From Chloroflexota bacterium (GTDB taxonomy: Bacteria; Chloroflexota; Dehalococcoidia; GIF9; UBA5629), in contig DAISKD010000002.1 in NCBI GenBank assembly GCA_036821185.1, positions 17,527 through 81,526 of the forward strand: 64,000 nt of DNA, read 5' to 3'. The notes below the pieces were generated by a model. The model saw nothing but the letters and a program-made list of their open reading frames with translations, was not told where the DNA came from and did not search any database. Made by a program: the position numbers and the translations under genes. Positions 1 to 11,277 of the stretch are shown piece by piece (the stretch's first letter is position 1; each line of letters starts with the position of its first letter).

Positions 1-1120
1 CAAGACCGCCGTGGAGCTGTTTGCGGAAGCCGCCATGGATGCCATTACCGAATCGAATATTAAACCCAAAGACATCCAGGCGCTTTTCATGGGCAACGCC
101 CTGAGCGACATCGCCGAGGGGCAAGCACAGATCCAGGTCTTCGCTGCCGACTACCTGGGACTAGACCATGTGCCGGCAAACCGCTATGAGAACGCCTGCG
201 CCTCCTCCAGCGCTGCCTTCCGCGATGCGGTGATGTGGGTGGCTTCGGGCACCTTCGACATCGTCCTTGTCGGCGGCACTGAGACCGCTGCCAAAATGGG
301 CACACCGCTGGCAACTAGGACATTCGCCGCCGCCAGCGATAGCCGTTACGAGTACCCTTGCGGGCTTACCTTCCCCGGCGTCTTCGCCTTGCTCACTCAC
401 CTCTACTCCAGAAAATACGGCATCCCACTGGAAAGGCTGAAAAGGCAGATGGCGCAGGTATCGATAAACTCCCATTATTATGGGGCACGCAACCCCAAGG
501 CGCAGTTTCGCAAAGAGATAACTATGGACGATGTGTTCAACAGCATCATGGTGGCACAGCCACTCCAGCTCTATGACTGCTGCCCCTTCTCCGATGGTGC
601 TTCGGCAGTGGTCCTCGCCTGTGAAGAAAAGGCTAAAAAGCTCACCGATAAGCCGGTGTTCGTTGTCGGTCTGGGACAAGCATCATCGGGCAACCTTGCC
701 AGCCAGAAAGACTACCTCCCGCGCCTCATCGCCAGAGAACTTTCCGCCAAGCAGGCCTATAGTATGGCAGGACTGACACCTAAGGACATAGACCTAATCG
801 AGCTCCACGACTGTTTCAGCATCGCCACGCTCATCGCCCTGGAAAGTCTGGGCTTCTTCGATTTTGGCAGATCCGGCGAAGCAGTGGAGCGGGGTGAAAC
901 TAAGATCGGTGGTAAGATAGCGGTCAACCCCTCCGGTGGCTTGAAAGCAAAGGGGCACCCCATCGGTTCCACCGGTACAGCACAGGTTTATGAAATAGTC
1001 AAACAGCTCCGGGGTGAGTGCGGTGAACGCCAGGTGGAGGGAGCGAAGATAGGTATGACCGATACCCTTGGTGGCGACGGTGGCACCATCTGTAACGCCA
1101 TACTGGCGCGGGGCTGGTAA
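1..1120 (+). CDS. Thiolase-like protein of the SCP-x/DUF35-associated acetyl-CoA C-acetyltransferase family. The 5' end is truncated at the window edge.
   Basis: The ORF is open to position 1 (GTG at 11 is only the first in-window start). Thiolase fold motifs are present, including active-site Cys regions (ENACASS...). It lies immediately upstream of a DUF35 gene, the classic pairing. Confidence 0.8.
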   Translation, partial: KTAVELFAEAAMDAITESNIKPKDIQALFMGNALSDIAEGQAQIQVFAADYLGLDHVPANRYENACASSSAAFRDAVMWVASGTFDIVLVGGTETAAKMGTPLATRTFAAASDSRYEYPCGLTFPGVFALLTHLYSRKYGIPLERLKRQMAQVSINSHYYGARNPKAQFRKEITMDDVFNSIMVAQPLQLYDCCPFSDGASAVVLACEEKAKKLTDKPVFVVGLGQASSGNLASQKDYLPRLIARELSAKQAYSMAGLTPKDIDLIELHDCFSIATLIALESLGFFDFGRSGEAVERGETKIGGKIAVNPSGGLKAKGHPIGSTGTAQVYEIVKQLRGECGERQVEGAKIGMTDTLGGDGGTICNAILARGW

Positions 1121-1144
1121 GCCATGCAAAACTGATTACAGGAG

Positions 1145-1561
1145 ATGGCTATGGAACATAAACTCACCTACAAAGACTATTCTGAGGCACTGAAGGAGGA
1201 CAGGCTACTGGGCCTGAAATGCCACCAGTGTGGCGCCATCACCGTACCACCGAAGACAACTTGTAGCAAATGTCAGGGGAGTGAACTTGAGGTGGTGCAG
1301 CTCAGCGGCAGGGGCACCATCCAAACATTTACCACCATTTTCGTGCCACCTGAGGGCAGGGAGGCCGAAGCGCCGTACATCATCGTCCTGGTGGAGCTGG
1401 ATGAAGGCCCCTGGCTCATGGGCAACCTCGAGGGCATCGATCCTACCAAAGTTACCATGGACATCATCGGCAAGAGGGTCAAGTTAGGCCACGCCATCTT
1501 CCCCGGAGATAAGTTCTCCGCCGGCGAACTGGTAAGGCCACTTTTTACGCTGGAGAACTAG
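1145..1561 (+). CDS. DUF35 Zn-ribbon/OB-fold protein, the usual partner of thiolase and HMG-CoA synthase.
   Basis: A CxxC...CxxC rubredoxin-like zinc ribbon (CHQCG...CSKCQ) is followed by an OB-fold. A GGAG RBS is present and the gene is coupled 24 nt downstream of the thiolase. Confidence 0.8.
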   Translation: MAMEHKLTYKDYSEALKEDRLLGLKCHQCGAITVPPKTTCSKCQGSELEVVQLSGRGTIQTFTTIFVPPEGREAEAPYIIVLVELDEGPWLMGNLEGIDPTKVTMDIIGKRVKLGHAIFPGDKFSAGELVRPLFTLEN

Positions 1562-1682
1562 ACGATCTAGCCTGCCAGAGAACTACCACAGAGGTGGCCC
1601 GCGAAAATACGTCTCAAACCCACACTGAAATACAGATACCGCCCTCTTGCAAACAAAAGAGCAAAAACATTACACTTAAACG

Positions 1683-3227
1683 ATGCCCGAAACAGCTGTA
1701 CTAGTCGAAGCCCTGCTCCAGCCTGAAACCTACCCCCATCACCCCCAGAAGGTGGCACTGACACAGACACAGATGTCGTTTATCTTCCTCACCGGCGATT
1801 ATGCCTATAAGGTGAAGAAACCGGTGAACTTGGGATATCTGGACTATACTACGCTGGAGAAACGGCGCTATTTCTGTGAGCAGGAGGTAGAGCTGAACCG
1901 GCGCCTTTGTCCCGAAGTCTATATAGGGGTGGTGCCCATCACCTTAAGCCACGGGAAATTCAAGCTTGGTGGCGACGGGGAGGTGGTGGAATATGCCGTG
2001 AAGATGAAACAGTTACCCCAGGAACGAATGATGGACAGGCTCCTGGTCTCCGATGAGGTGACCGTGGAAATGGTCACCGCCGTTGCCCATAAGCTAGCTA
2101 CCTTCCACGAAAAGGCCGCCACCAGCACGGAGATCAGTGAGTACGGGAGCCTTAAGGCAATCAGGGTGAATACCGAAGAGAACTTTTCTCAGACAGAAAA
2201 GTACATCGGCACCACCATCACCACCGATACCTACAACCTTATCAAAGACTACGCCAATAATTTTATGGCGAAAAACCAGGCATTGTTCGAGCAGCGGGTG
2301 GCTGAGGGCAGGATAAGGGACTGCCACGGCGACCTGCACGCCGCCCATGTCTGCTTCACCGATGGGGTGTGCATCTACGACTGCATCGAGTTCAACGACC
2401 GCTTCCGCTACGGAGACGTGGCTTCAGAAATCGCTTTCTTAGCTATGGACTTAGACCGCTTTCAGCGGGCTGACCTCTCGCAAGTCTTTGTCAATGCTTA
2501 CATCAAGGCAAGTGGAGATGGGGAACTGTTGAAGCTGCTCGACTTCTATAAGTGCTACCGGGCCTATGTCAGGGGCAAGGTGGAAAGCTTCAAGCTGGAC
2601 GACCCTTTTATCACAGAGAAGGAGACCGCGCTGGAGGCAGCCCGGAGTTATTTCCGCCTCACCTACAGGTACGCCCGCAATAGGAAGCTGTTCCTCATCG
2701 TCGCCGGGCTGGTGGGCACCGGCAAGACCACGGTGGCACAAGCTTTGAGCCGTAGCCTGGGGCTGACGGTAATCTCCTCCGACGTAGTCCGCAAGGAACT
2801 GGCAGGCATCCCACCTACGGAGCGCCGCTTTGAGCCGATAAGCAGCGGCATCTACTCCGAGGAGTTCACCAGAAAGACATACGAGCAGATGTTCGCCAGC
2901 GCCAAAAAGCTCCTGCTCCAGGGGCAATCGGTGATTTTGGACGCCTCTTTCAAAAGGCGGGAACACAGGTTGCAGGCAAAACAGCTGGCGGAGGAATTAG
3001 GGGCTGACTTCGCCGCCCTGGAATGTGTGCTCGACGAGACCGCCATTAAAAGTCGACTGGAGCAAAGGGTTAGGCAGGGCTCGGTCTCCGATGGGCGCTG
3101 GGAGGTCTACCTGGCCCAGAAGGACGAGTTTGAAAAAATCGAAGAATTTTCACCCCAGCAGCATGTGGTACTTGACACCGCCCAGCCAATAAGTAATATT
3201 GTCAGGACAGTGACCGAAAGGTTATAG
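1683..3227 (+). CDS. Bifunctional protein: an N-terminal aminoglycoside/eukaryotic-like phosphotransferase domain fused to a C-terminal P-loop NTPase.
   Basis: The N-terminal part carries a kinase catalytic loop (CHGDLHAAHVCF, DCIEFNDRFRYGD). The C-terminal part carries a Walker A (GLVGTGKTT) and a Walker B-like motif (VILDASF). Confidence 0.6.
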   Translation: MPETAVLVEALLQPETYPHHPQKVALTQTQMSFIFLTGDYAYKVKKPVNLGYLDYTTLEKRRYFCEQEVELNRRLCPEVYIGVVPITLSHGKFKLGGDGEVVEYAVKMKQLPQERMMDRLLVSDEVTVEMVTAVAHKLATFHEKAATSTEISEYGSLKAIRVNTEENFSQTEKYIGTTITTDTYNLIKDYANNFMAKNQALFEQRVAEGRIRDCHGDLHAAHVCFTDGVCIYDCIEFNDRFRYGDVASEIAFLAMDLDRFQRADLSQVFVNAYIKASGDGELLKLLDFYKCYRAYVRGKVESFKLDDPFITEKETALEAARSYFRLTYRYARNRKLFLIVAGLVGTGKTTVAQALSRSLGLTVISSDVVRKELAGIPPTERRFEPISSGIYSEEFTRKTYEQMFASAKKLLLQGQSVILDASFKRREHRLQAKQLAEELGADFAALECVLDETAIKSRLEQRVRQGSVSDGRWEVYLAQKDEFEKIEEFSPQQHVVLDTAQPISNIVRTVTERL

Positions 3228-3233
3228 GGATAG

Positions 3234-4490
<1,257 letters not shown>

Positions 4491-4506
4491 TCACAAGGAG
4501 AAACAA

Positions 4507-5718
4507 ATGGCTAGCAGTTTCAACGATTCAACTTCATATTTTTTCGCCTCGGAATCGGTGACCGAGGGGCACCCGGACAAGCTCTGCGACCAGATCTCAG
4601 ACGCCATCCTCGATGCCATTCTGGAGCACGATCCATATGGCAGGGTTGCCTGCGAGGTGGCGGTCACCGTGGGGCTGGTGATTGTCCTTGGGGAAATCAC
4701 CACCAAATGCTATGTGGAGATACCCGAAGTCGTCCGCAAGGTGGTAAAGGAGGTGGGTTACACCAGGCCCGAATACGGCTTCGATTACCAGTCTTGCGGC
4801 GTGCTGGTGTCCATAAAGCCACAGTCAGCCGACATCGACGCCGGGGTGAGCCAGGCTATGGAGGTACGAGAGAGAATAGCAGTCGATGATATCCTGGACA
4901 AGACGGGTGCCGGCGACCAGGGGATGATGTTCGGCTTTGCCTGCACCGAGACGCCCGAGCTCATGCCACTGCCCATCTCCCTGGCCAACAAACTGTGCCG
5001 CCGGATGGCACAGGCGAGGAAAGAGAAAATAATCCCCTACCTCCGCCCCGATGGCAAGTCGCAGGTGACCGTGGAATATGAGCGCGGCGTACCCAAGAGG
5101 ATAGACTCCATAGTCATCGGCGCCCACCATGACCCCGACATAGACGCCAGGACAATCCGCAACGACATAATCGAAAAGGTGGTCAAGGCAGTGGTGCCAG
5201 CGCACCTACTCGATGACCGCACCAGGTACTATGTCAACAGCGCCGGACGCTTCGTCATCGGTGGTCCTGTCTCCGATACCGGCTTTACCGGACGCAAAAT
5301 ACTGGTGGACACCTACGGTGGCGCCTGCCGCCATGGCGGTGGTTGCTTTTCGGGCAAAGACCCCACCAAGGTCGACCGTTCCGCCAGCTATATGGCGAGG
5401 CATGTGGCCAAAAATGTGGTCGCCGCGGGCCTTGCCGAACGCATTGAAGTGCAGGTGGCCTATGCCATAGGCGTCGCCCGCCCACTTTCGCTGTCCATTG
5501 AGACCTTCGGCACAGGGAAAGTCCCTGACAGGGTCATCCTGGAGCTGATTAAGAAGCACTTCGACTTCCGTCCCGAAGCCATTATCAGACATCTCGACCT
5601 GCGCCGCCCCATCTATCGCCAGACGGCCGTCTACGGGCACTTCGGCAGGGACGACCTCGACCTACCCTGGGAACGGACAGATAAGGCACAGACGCTCAGG
5701 GCTGAAGCTGGGCTATAA
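4507..5718 (+). CDS. metK: S-adenosylmethionine synthetase.
   Basis: The MetK signature [17 protein letters not shown] and the [17 protein letters not shown] motif are present. The protein is 403 aa. Confidence 0.95.
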   Translation: MASSFNDSTSYFFASESVTEGHPDKLCDQISDAILDAILEHDPYGRVACEVAVTVGLVIVLGEITTKCYVEIPEVVRKVVKEVGYTRPEYGFDYQSCGVLVSIKPQSADIDAGVSQAMEVRERIAVDDILDKTGAGDQGMMFGFACTETPELMPLPISLANKLCRRMAQARKEKIIPYLRPDGKSQVTVEYERGVPKRIDSIVIGAHHDPDIDARTIRNDIIEKVVKAVVPAHLLDDRTRYYVNSAGRFVIGGPVSDTGFTGRKILVDTYGGACRHGGGCFSGKDPTKVDRSASYMARHVAKNVVAAGLAERIEVQVAYAIGVARPLSLSIETFGTGKVPDRVILELIKKHFDFRPEAIIRHLDLRRPIYRQTAVYGHFGRDDLDLPWERTDKAQTLRAEAGL

Positions 5719-5725
5719 TTAGATT

Positions 5726-7156
5726 ATGGGCAATATTAAGTTCGGCACCGATGGCTGGCGCGGTATTATCGCCGAAGATTTCACCTTCGATAACGTCCGC
5801 GCCTGTGCTCAGGGGGTCGCTAATTACCTGAAGCGCACCCACCAGGTGGAGCGTGGACTGATAATCGGCTACGATACCAGATTCGCTTCAGAGGACTTTG
5901 CCGCTGCAGCCGCCGAGGTTATTGCCGCCAACGGCATCAGAGTCAGCCTCTGCGATAGGCCGGCGCCCACGCCGGCGATGAGCTATGCCGTCACCGCCAA
6001 AAAGGCGGCTGGCGCTATCATCATCACCGCCAGCCACAATCCCGGGAGATGGAACGGTTTCAAATACAAGGACGGTAGCGGTGCCAGCGCCCCGGTGGAG
6101 GTGGCAACGGAAATAGAAAAGGACGCCAACAGGGTGGCTGCCAGCGGGAAGATAGATAGGATGCCGCTGGTCAAAGCACTGGAGGATGGGCTTGTCTCCT
6201 ATCTCGACCCAAACCCGATTTATTTCGCCCAGCTCCGCAGGCTGGTTGACCTGGAAGCTATCCGCCAGACAAAGCTTAAGGTCATCGTCGACTCCATGTA
6301 CGGCGCCGGCTGCGACTACTTCAGGGGCCTCCTTGAAGGTGGCAACATTTCCATCACTGAGATACATGGCGAGCGTAACCCTTCGTTTCCCGGCATTCAG
6401 CCCGAGCCCATCGCCAGATTCCTAGGCGACCTCAGCAGCACGGTCGTCAAGGATAAGGCCGACGTCGGCCTTGCCACCGATGGCGATGCCGACCGCATCG
6501 GCGTCATCGATGAAACAGGCAGGTTTCTCAACCAGCACCAGGTGTTCGCCCTGCTCACGCTGTACCTTCTCGAAGTCCGCGGCGAGCGCGGCGCCATCAT
6601 CAAGACCCTGACCTCCACCGATATGCTATACCGGCTCGGCGAACTCTATGACGTGCCGGTCTACGAGACCCCTGTGGGCTTCAAATATGTGGCACCGCTG
6701 ATGAGGGAAAAGGACGCCATCATCGGTGGCGAGGAGAGCGGTGGCTACGGCTTCCGCGGTCACATCCCTGAGCGCGATGGCATCCTTGCCGGACTCTATT
6801 TCCTCGACTTCATTATTAAGAGCGGCAAGAGGCCCTCCCAACTGCTCGAGCACCTGTTCAGCAAGGTGGGCGAGCATTATTACGACCGCATCGACGTCCA
6901 CATTCATCCGGAGGACAGGGAGGGACTGAATGCAAAGCTTCTCCAGCAGAAGGTAACGGCCATTGACAGCATAGGCGTGGCACGCCTGGACACCAGGGAT
7001 GGCTACCGCTACGTACTCGCCGATGGCTCCTGGCTGCTCATCCGCTTCTCCGGCACTGAGCCACTGGTCAGGATATACGCCGAGGCCCACACTCCGCAAC
7101 AAGTACAAAGGTTACTCGATGCCGGCAGGAAGATGCTGGGGTACCCAGATGGCTGA
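5726..7156 (+). CDS. Phosphoglucomutase/phosphomannomutase family protein, archaeal-type PMM/PGM.
   Basis: Contains GTDGWRG, the active-site TASHNPG motif, and metal-binding DGDADR. Confidence 0.85.
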   Translation: MGNIKFGTDGWRGIIAEDFTFDNVRACAQGVANYLKRTHQVERGLIIGYDTRFASEDFAAAAAEVIAANGIRVSLCDRPAPTPAMSYAVTAKKAAGAIIITASHNPGRWNGFKYKDGSGASAPVEVATEIEKDANRVAASGKIDRMPLVKALEDGLVSYLDPNPIYFAQLRRLVDLEAIRQTKLKVIVDSMYGAGCDYFRGLLEGGNISITEIHGERNPSFPGIQPEPIARFLGDLSSTVVKDKADVGLATDGDADRIGVIDETGRFLNQHQVFALLTLYLLEVRGERGAIIKTLTSTDMLYRLGELYDVPVYETPVGFKYVAPLMREKDAIIGGEESGGYGFRGHIPERDGILAGLYFLDFIIKSGKRPSQLLEHLFSKVGEHYYDRIDVHIHPEDREGLNAKLLQQKVTAIDSIGVARLDTRDGYRYVLADGSWLLIRFSGTEPLVRIYAEAHTPQQVQRLLDAGRKMLGYPDG

Positions 7157-8213
7157 CCTCGACGACCTCTCTATATACCAGCGCCTTGACTGCGCCGGGA
7201 TGCTGGCACAGCTAAAAGGGCTGCCCGGACAATGCCGTACTGCCTGGAATAAAGCCATGGCATTTAAGCTACCGGCGGGGTACCGAAATATTGATAAGGT
7301 GGTTATAGTAGGCATGGGCGGCTCGGCCATCGGCGGCGACCTGCTCCGCAGCCTGACGCAGCGCCTTAAAAAACCCCTCATCTCAGTCGTCAGGGACTAC
7401 GACCTTCCACCATGGGTTGACCACAGGACGCTGGTCATCGCCTCCAGCTATTCCGGCAATACCGAGGAAACGATTTCCGCTTTCTCTCAAGCGCTGGACA
7501 TTAAATGTCACAAGCTGGTGCTGACCGGCGGCGGCAAGCTAAAGGAGATGGCAGAGAGGACCAATGTGCCCGTTTTCACCATCGACATCACTTCGCCACC
7601 GCGGGCGGCACTGGGCTATAGCCTGATGCCGCTTATCGCCTTCCTACAACAGCTTGACTTCCTCGAGGACAAGTCCACCGAGGTGGCTGAAATGCTTAGG
7701 GTACTGGAGGAATCATTGCCGAAGTGGGACGAAACCGCACCTGCGAGCTCCAACCTGGCAAAACAGCTTGCCTATAGCCTCCAGGGCAAAATCGCCGTGA
7801 TATATGGCGCCGGCATCCTCAGCGAGGTCGCCCGCCGCTGGAAGACACAGATCAACGAGAACAGCAAAGCCTGGGCATTTTTCGAGGTCTTTCCCGAGTT
7901 AGACCACAATGCAGTGGTGGGCTATGAGATGCCCCGAGAACTGGCTTCAAACATATTCGTCGCCCTGCTCCGCTCCCGCCATCTCCACCCACACACCCTC
8001 ATCCGCTACGAAGTAACTTCCGAGCTACTGACACAGAATGGCATCAGCCACCAATTTGTAGATGCCTACGGGGACAGCGACCTCGCCCAACTGATGGGTC
8101 TAGTCTACCTTGGCGACTGGACAAGCTACTACCTGGCGCTTCTCTATGAAATAGACCCCACCCCAGTCAGAGCCATTGACCACCTCAAAAAGCGCCTCAG
8201 CGAATCAAGGTAG
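7149..8213 (+). CDS. Bifunctional phosphoglucose/phosphomannose isomerase with a SIS domain.
   Basis: A SIS nucleotide-sugar motif (VVIVGMGGSAIGGDLL) is present. The start is reassigned to the ATG at 7149, which overlaps the upstream stop (ATGGCTGA); the ORF-track start at 6999 overlaps the upstream gene. Confidence 0.75.
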   Translation: MADLDDLSIYQRLDCAGMLAQLKGLPGQCRTAWNKAMAFKLPAGYRNIDKVVIVGMGGSAIGGDLLRSLTQRLKKPLISVVRDYDLPPWVDHRTLVIASSYSGNTEETISAFSQALDIKCHKLVLTGGGKLKEMAERTNVPVFTIDITSPPRAALGYSLMPLIAFLQQLDFLEDKSTEVAEMLRVLEESLPKWDETAPASSNLAKQLAYSLQGKIAVIYGAGILSEVARRWKTQINENSKAWAFFEVFPELDHNAVVGYEMPRELASNIFVALLRSRHLHPHTLIRYEVTSELLTQNGISHQFVDAYGDSDLAQLMGLVYLGDWTSYYLALLYEIDPTPVRAIDHLKKRLSESR

Positions 8214-8320
8214 CCGTAAGCCCCTGGGGCACAACCAGTCCCGCTGAGGAACCGGCGGCACACCCTTGATTGACAACTCCCACTGCTTTCTGTAAGCTAG
8301 ATTCTATCAGGCAGGGGGAA

Positions 8321-9631
8321 ATGGTGAAAACGGGAAGGGGGAAGACCAGCAAAAGGGGCTCATCCAGCACCAGCCCTCCACAGATAGGTGTGCCAACTAC
8401 CACTAAGACCAAGCCGGACGAACTTGTCGCTTTGAGCCGCGTTGCCGCAGCCATCAGTGGCATCACTGACCTCGACACCATCCTGCGCGTCGGACTGGAC
8501 ACCGTACTTGCCGTTCTGGACAGAGCCATAGGTGGCATAATGCTGTTGGATGAGGGCACCAGGACCCTCTACTACCGCGTATACCACGGAATATCCGATG
8601 ACTACGCCCAGCAGATGCGCATCCGACTTGGTGAGGGCATCGCCGGAAAGGTGGCTGAGAGCGCCAGAGCGATTATGCTGGCGGACATCTCCCAGAGCCC
8701 GGATGCCATCCACCCCGACCTTATCAGCAAAGAGGGCCTCAAGGCTTTCGTCAGCGTCCCGCTGATGTCTAAAGACAGAGTCCTCGGCGTCATGAACATC
8801 GCCAGCCACCTGCCCCACCAGTTCACCGAAAAGGACATCCACCTTCTTTATGCCACCGGCGACCTGCTCGGTCTGGCAATTGAACAAGCAAGGCTCTACG
8901 AGGAATTGCGCCGGGGCAGGGAGCGTTACCGTCGTTTGGCAAGGTTTGCCCTCATGGCCCAGGAAGACGAACGGAGGAGGATCTCCCGGGAGCTCCACGA
9001 TGAGACCAGCCAGGCACTTTCGGGTCTGGTGCTGAACCTGCAAGCGGTGATCGAAATGCTGGAGATGGTCGGCATCCGGGACAATAGGATCAAGGAGACG
9101 TTGAAGAAGGCGCACGGGCTGGCTGTTGAGGTGGGCAACGAGATCCATCGCCTGATCGTCAATCTCCGTCCCACTCTCCTCGACTCGCTGGGTTTGGTAC
9201 CCGCGCTCCGCCAGCATGCCGAGTCGGTGCTGGCGCCTCTGGGGATAAGTCTTTCCTTCCACTTCGATGAGATTGGCAAGACGATACCAAAAGACGTGGA
9301 AACCAACCTCTTCCGCGTAGCGCAAGGGGCTATAGGCAATATCCAGCAACATTCAAAGGCCACCAGCGCCTCTATCTCGCTGACGGTGGACGGCAATGAC
9401 CTGGTGATGCTCATCAGCGACAACGGTGTCGGCTTCGATGTTTCAGAGATAAAGACGGTGGAGCCCAGCGGGCGGGGTGCTGGCCTGTTCAGCATGAAAG
9501 AGCGGGTGCAGCTCATGGGCGGCAAATGTAATGTGAAGTCACAGCCGGGCAAGGGGACAACGGTCACGGTGCGAATACCGATGCAGTGGAGAACAGGCGA
9601 TGCCAAAGATAAGAGTCCTGGTAGTCGATGA
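8321..9631 (+). CDS. GAF-domain sensor histidine kinase of the HisKA_3/NarX type.
   Basis: Order of domains is GAF, then HisKA_3 H-box (ELHDETSQALSGL), then an HATPase_c G-box (DNGVGFD...GRGAGL). The start was chosen at the ATG after a GGGGGAA RBS; an in-frame TTG at 8270 is an alternative. Confidence 0.8.
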   Translation: MVKTGRGKTSKRGSSSTSPPQIGVPTTTKTKPDELVALSRVAAAISGITDLDTILRVGLDTVLAVLDRAIGGIMLLDEGTRTLYYRVYHGISDDYAQQMRIRLGEGIAGKVAESARAIMLADISQSPDAIHPDLISKEGLKAFVSVPLMSKDRVLGVMNIASHLPHQFTEKDIHLLYATGDLLGLAIEQARLYEELRRGRERYRRLARFALMAQEDERRRISRELHDETSQALSGLVLNLQAVIEMLEMVGIRDNRIKETLKKAHGLAVEVGNEIHRLIVNLRPTLLDSLGLVPALRQHAESVLAPLGISLSFHFDEIGKTIPKDVETNLFRVAQGAIGNIQQHSKATSASISLTVDGNDLVMLISDNGVGFDVSEIKTVEPSGRGAGLFSMKERVQLMGGKCNVKSQPGKGTTVTVRIPMQWRTGDAKDKSPGSR

Positions 9632-10256
9632 CCACGCCATAGTGCGCGATGGCATCTACGCCCTGCTGGGGCTGATGTCAGATATCGAGCTGGTGGGCGA
9701 AGCAGCCAACGGCAGGGAAGCTATAGAAAAGGTGGAAAAGCTGCTGCCAGATGTGGTGCTTATGGACGTCGCCATGCCCCTCATGGACGGACTGGAGGCA
9801 ACGCGCCGCATCTGCAAACAGTTCCCCGGGACCAAGGTGATTGCACTGACCCAGTACGATGACCACGAGTTTGTCTTCCCTATGTTCGAGGCTGGCGCTC
9901 GCGGCTTTATCTGCAAGACCGCCGCCTCCTCTGAGCTGGTCACTGCAATCCGCGCTGTCCACCGCGGCGACTCCTATCTATCACCATCGGTAGCCCGCGT
10001 CTTTGTAGAAAGGTACCAGCAACAGTTTGACTCGATGAGGGAACAAGACCCTTACCGGCAATTGACGGACAGGGAGAGGGAGATCTTGAAGCTACTGGCT
10101 GAAGGCTATACCACCCAGGAGATCGCCAGTATACTGGTGCTCAGCCCCAAGACAGTGGATAGGCACAAGACAAACCTTATGGCCAAGCTCGATATCCATA
10201 ACCGCGCCGACCTCATCAAGTACGCTATACGTAAAGGAATAATCACCCTGTCCTAG
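9600..10256 (+). CDS. LuxR/NarL-family response regulator, REC plus HTH.
   Basis: The receiver has DD...D...K residues (VVDDH, LMDVAMP) and there is a C-terminal LuxR HTH. It overlaps the kinase gene by 32 nt. Confidence 0.85.
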   Translation: MPKIRVLVVDDHAIVRDGIYALLGLMSDIELVGEAANGREAIEKVEKLLPDVVLMDVAMPLMDGLEATRRICKQFPGTKVIALTQYDDHEFVFPMFEAGARGFICKTAASSELVTAIRAVHRGDSYLSPSVARVFVERYQQQFDSMREQDPYRQLTDREREILKLLAEGYTTQEIASILVLSPKTVDRHKTNLMAKLDIHNRADLIKYAIRKGIITLS

Positions 10257-10442
10257 CCCGTTCATTTCCCGGTGCACAAAATTCCGGCGAAATATCAGTA
10301 GCTTCGGCAGCAAAAACTACAGTTTTTCCCGACGTCTTTTGGGGCATTCACCCCTGTGCTTCCTATAAGTAAGCGGCTAAACTTAGGATAAAGGCGTGAC
10401 GCCATGGTGCACCATTCAAGCGCCATGGCAAGGAGGTGGAAA

Positions 10443-11228
10443 ATGGAAGAGAAGAAGCTGAAGGTACTGGTGGTGGACAACGAAGAGGAGTTTATTGCAG
10501 ACGCGATTAAAGCATTGGAAAACTCCGGCTATATGGCACTCTGTGCCCGCTCGCTAGCTGAGGCGCAGGAAATGGTGCGCCGCCACAGACCGGACCTGGT
10601 CATCATCGGCACTATAGAGCCACGCGGCACCGCATTCCAGCTCCACCAGTGGCTGAGAAAGAGCCCTAGCTTCAGCAATGTCCCTCTGGTGGTGGTCGAT
10701 GCCCCTCCGGAGCAGAGGCTCACCAGAGGATGGCACTGGGAGGAGGGTATGCAACTGGAGGCCGAGGACTACTTTCAGAAACCTGTCGAAGTGGAGATGA
10801 TGATGGTCACCGTAAGGAAGGCGCTGGACAGGGCGACGAGAAAAATAAAGGTGCTCATAGTCGATGACCATGTGGTCGTTAGAGAAGGTATCCGCATTTT
10901 GCTCAGCTTGCAACCCGATATCCGGGTGGTGGGTGAAGCGGTCGACGGCACCGAAGCCATACAGAAGGCCCGTGAACTTATGCCCGATATCGTCCTCATG
11001 GACATCGCCATGCCGGGTATGGATGGACTGGAGGCTACCAAGGAATTGACCGAAGAGGGCATACCCTCCAGGGTATTAATGCTAACACAATATGCTGACG
11101 AAGCCAATGTACGTGCCAGTGAGAGAGTGGGTGCCTTTGGCTTCATCCCCAAAAAGACTGCCAGTTCCATGCTGCTCGCCGCCATAAGGGCGGCAGATAA
11201 AGGCGAGCGTATCCCCGTCCCACTCTGA
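10443..11228 (+). CDS. Tandem receiver-domain protein with no output domain; the first REC looks degenerate.
   Basis: REC1 has LVIIGTIEP where the phospho-Asp belongs (Asp replaced by Gly). REC2 has the canonical VDDH...LMDIAMPGMDG...K. There is a strong AGGAGGTGG RBS before the ATG at 10443. Confidence 0.75.
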   Translation: MEEKKLKVLVVDNEEEFIADAIKALENSGYMALCARSLAEAQEMVRRHRPDLVIIGTIEPRGTAFQLHQWLRKSPSFSNVPLVVVDAPPEQRLTRGWHWEEGMQLEAEDYFQKPVEVEMMMVTVRKALDRATRKIKVLIVDDHVVVREGIRILLSLQPDIRVVGEAVDGTEAIQKARELMPDIVLMDIAMPGMDGLEATKELTEEGIPSRVLMLTQYADEANVRASERVGAFGFIPKKTASSMLLAAIRAADKGERIPVPL

Positions 11229-11277
11229 GCGGGCAATAGATTACGACACCAGGCCCCTTGTCAAAGGCGGTGGTGAG

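Noticed and set aside
8360-9352. 330-aa ORF on the minus strand.
   Set aside because: It lies entirely antisense to the GAF histidine kinase gene and has no recognisable domains. Long shadow ORFs of this kind are expected in GC-rich coding DNA.
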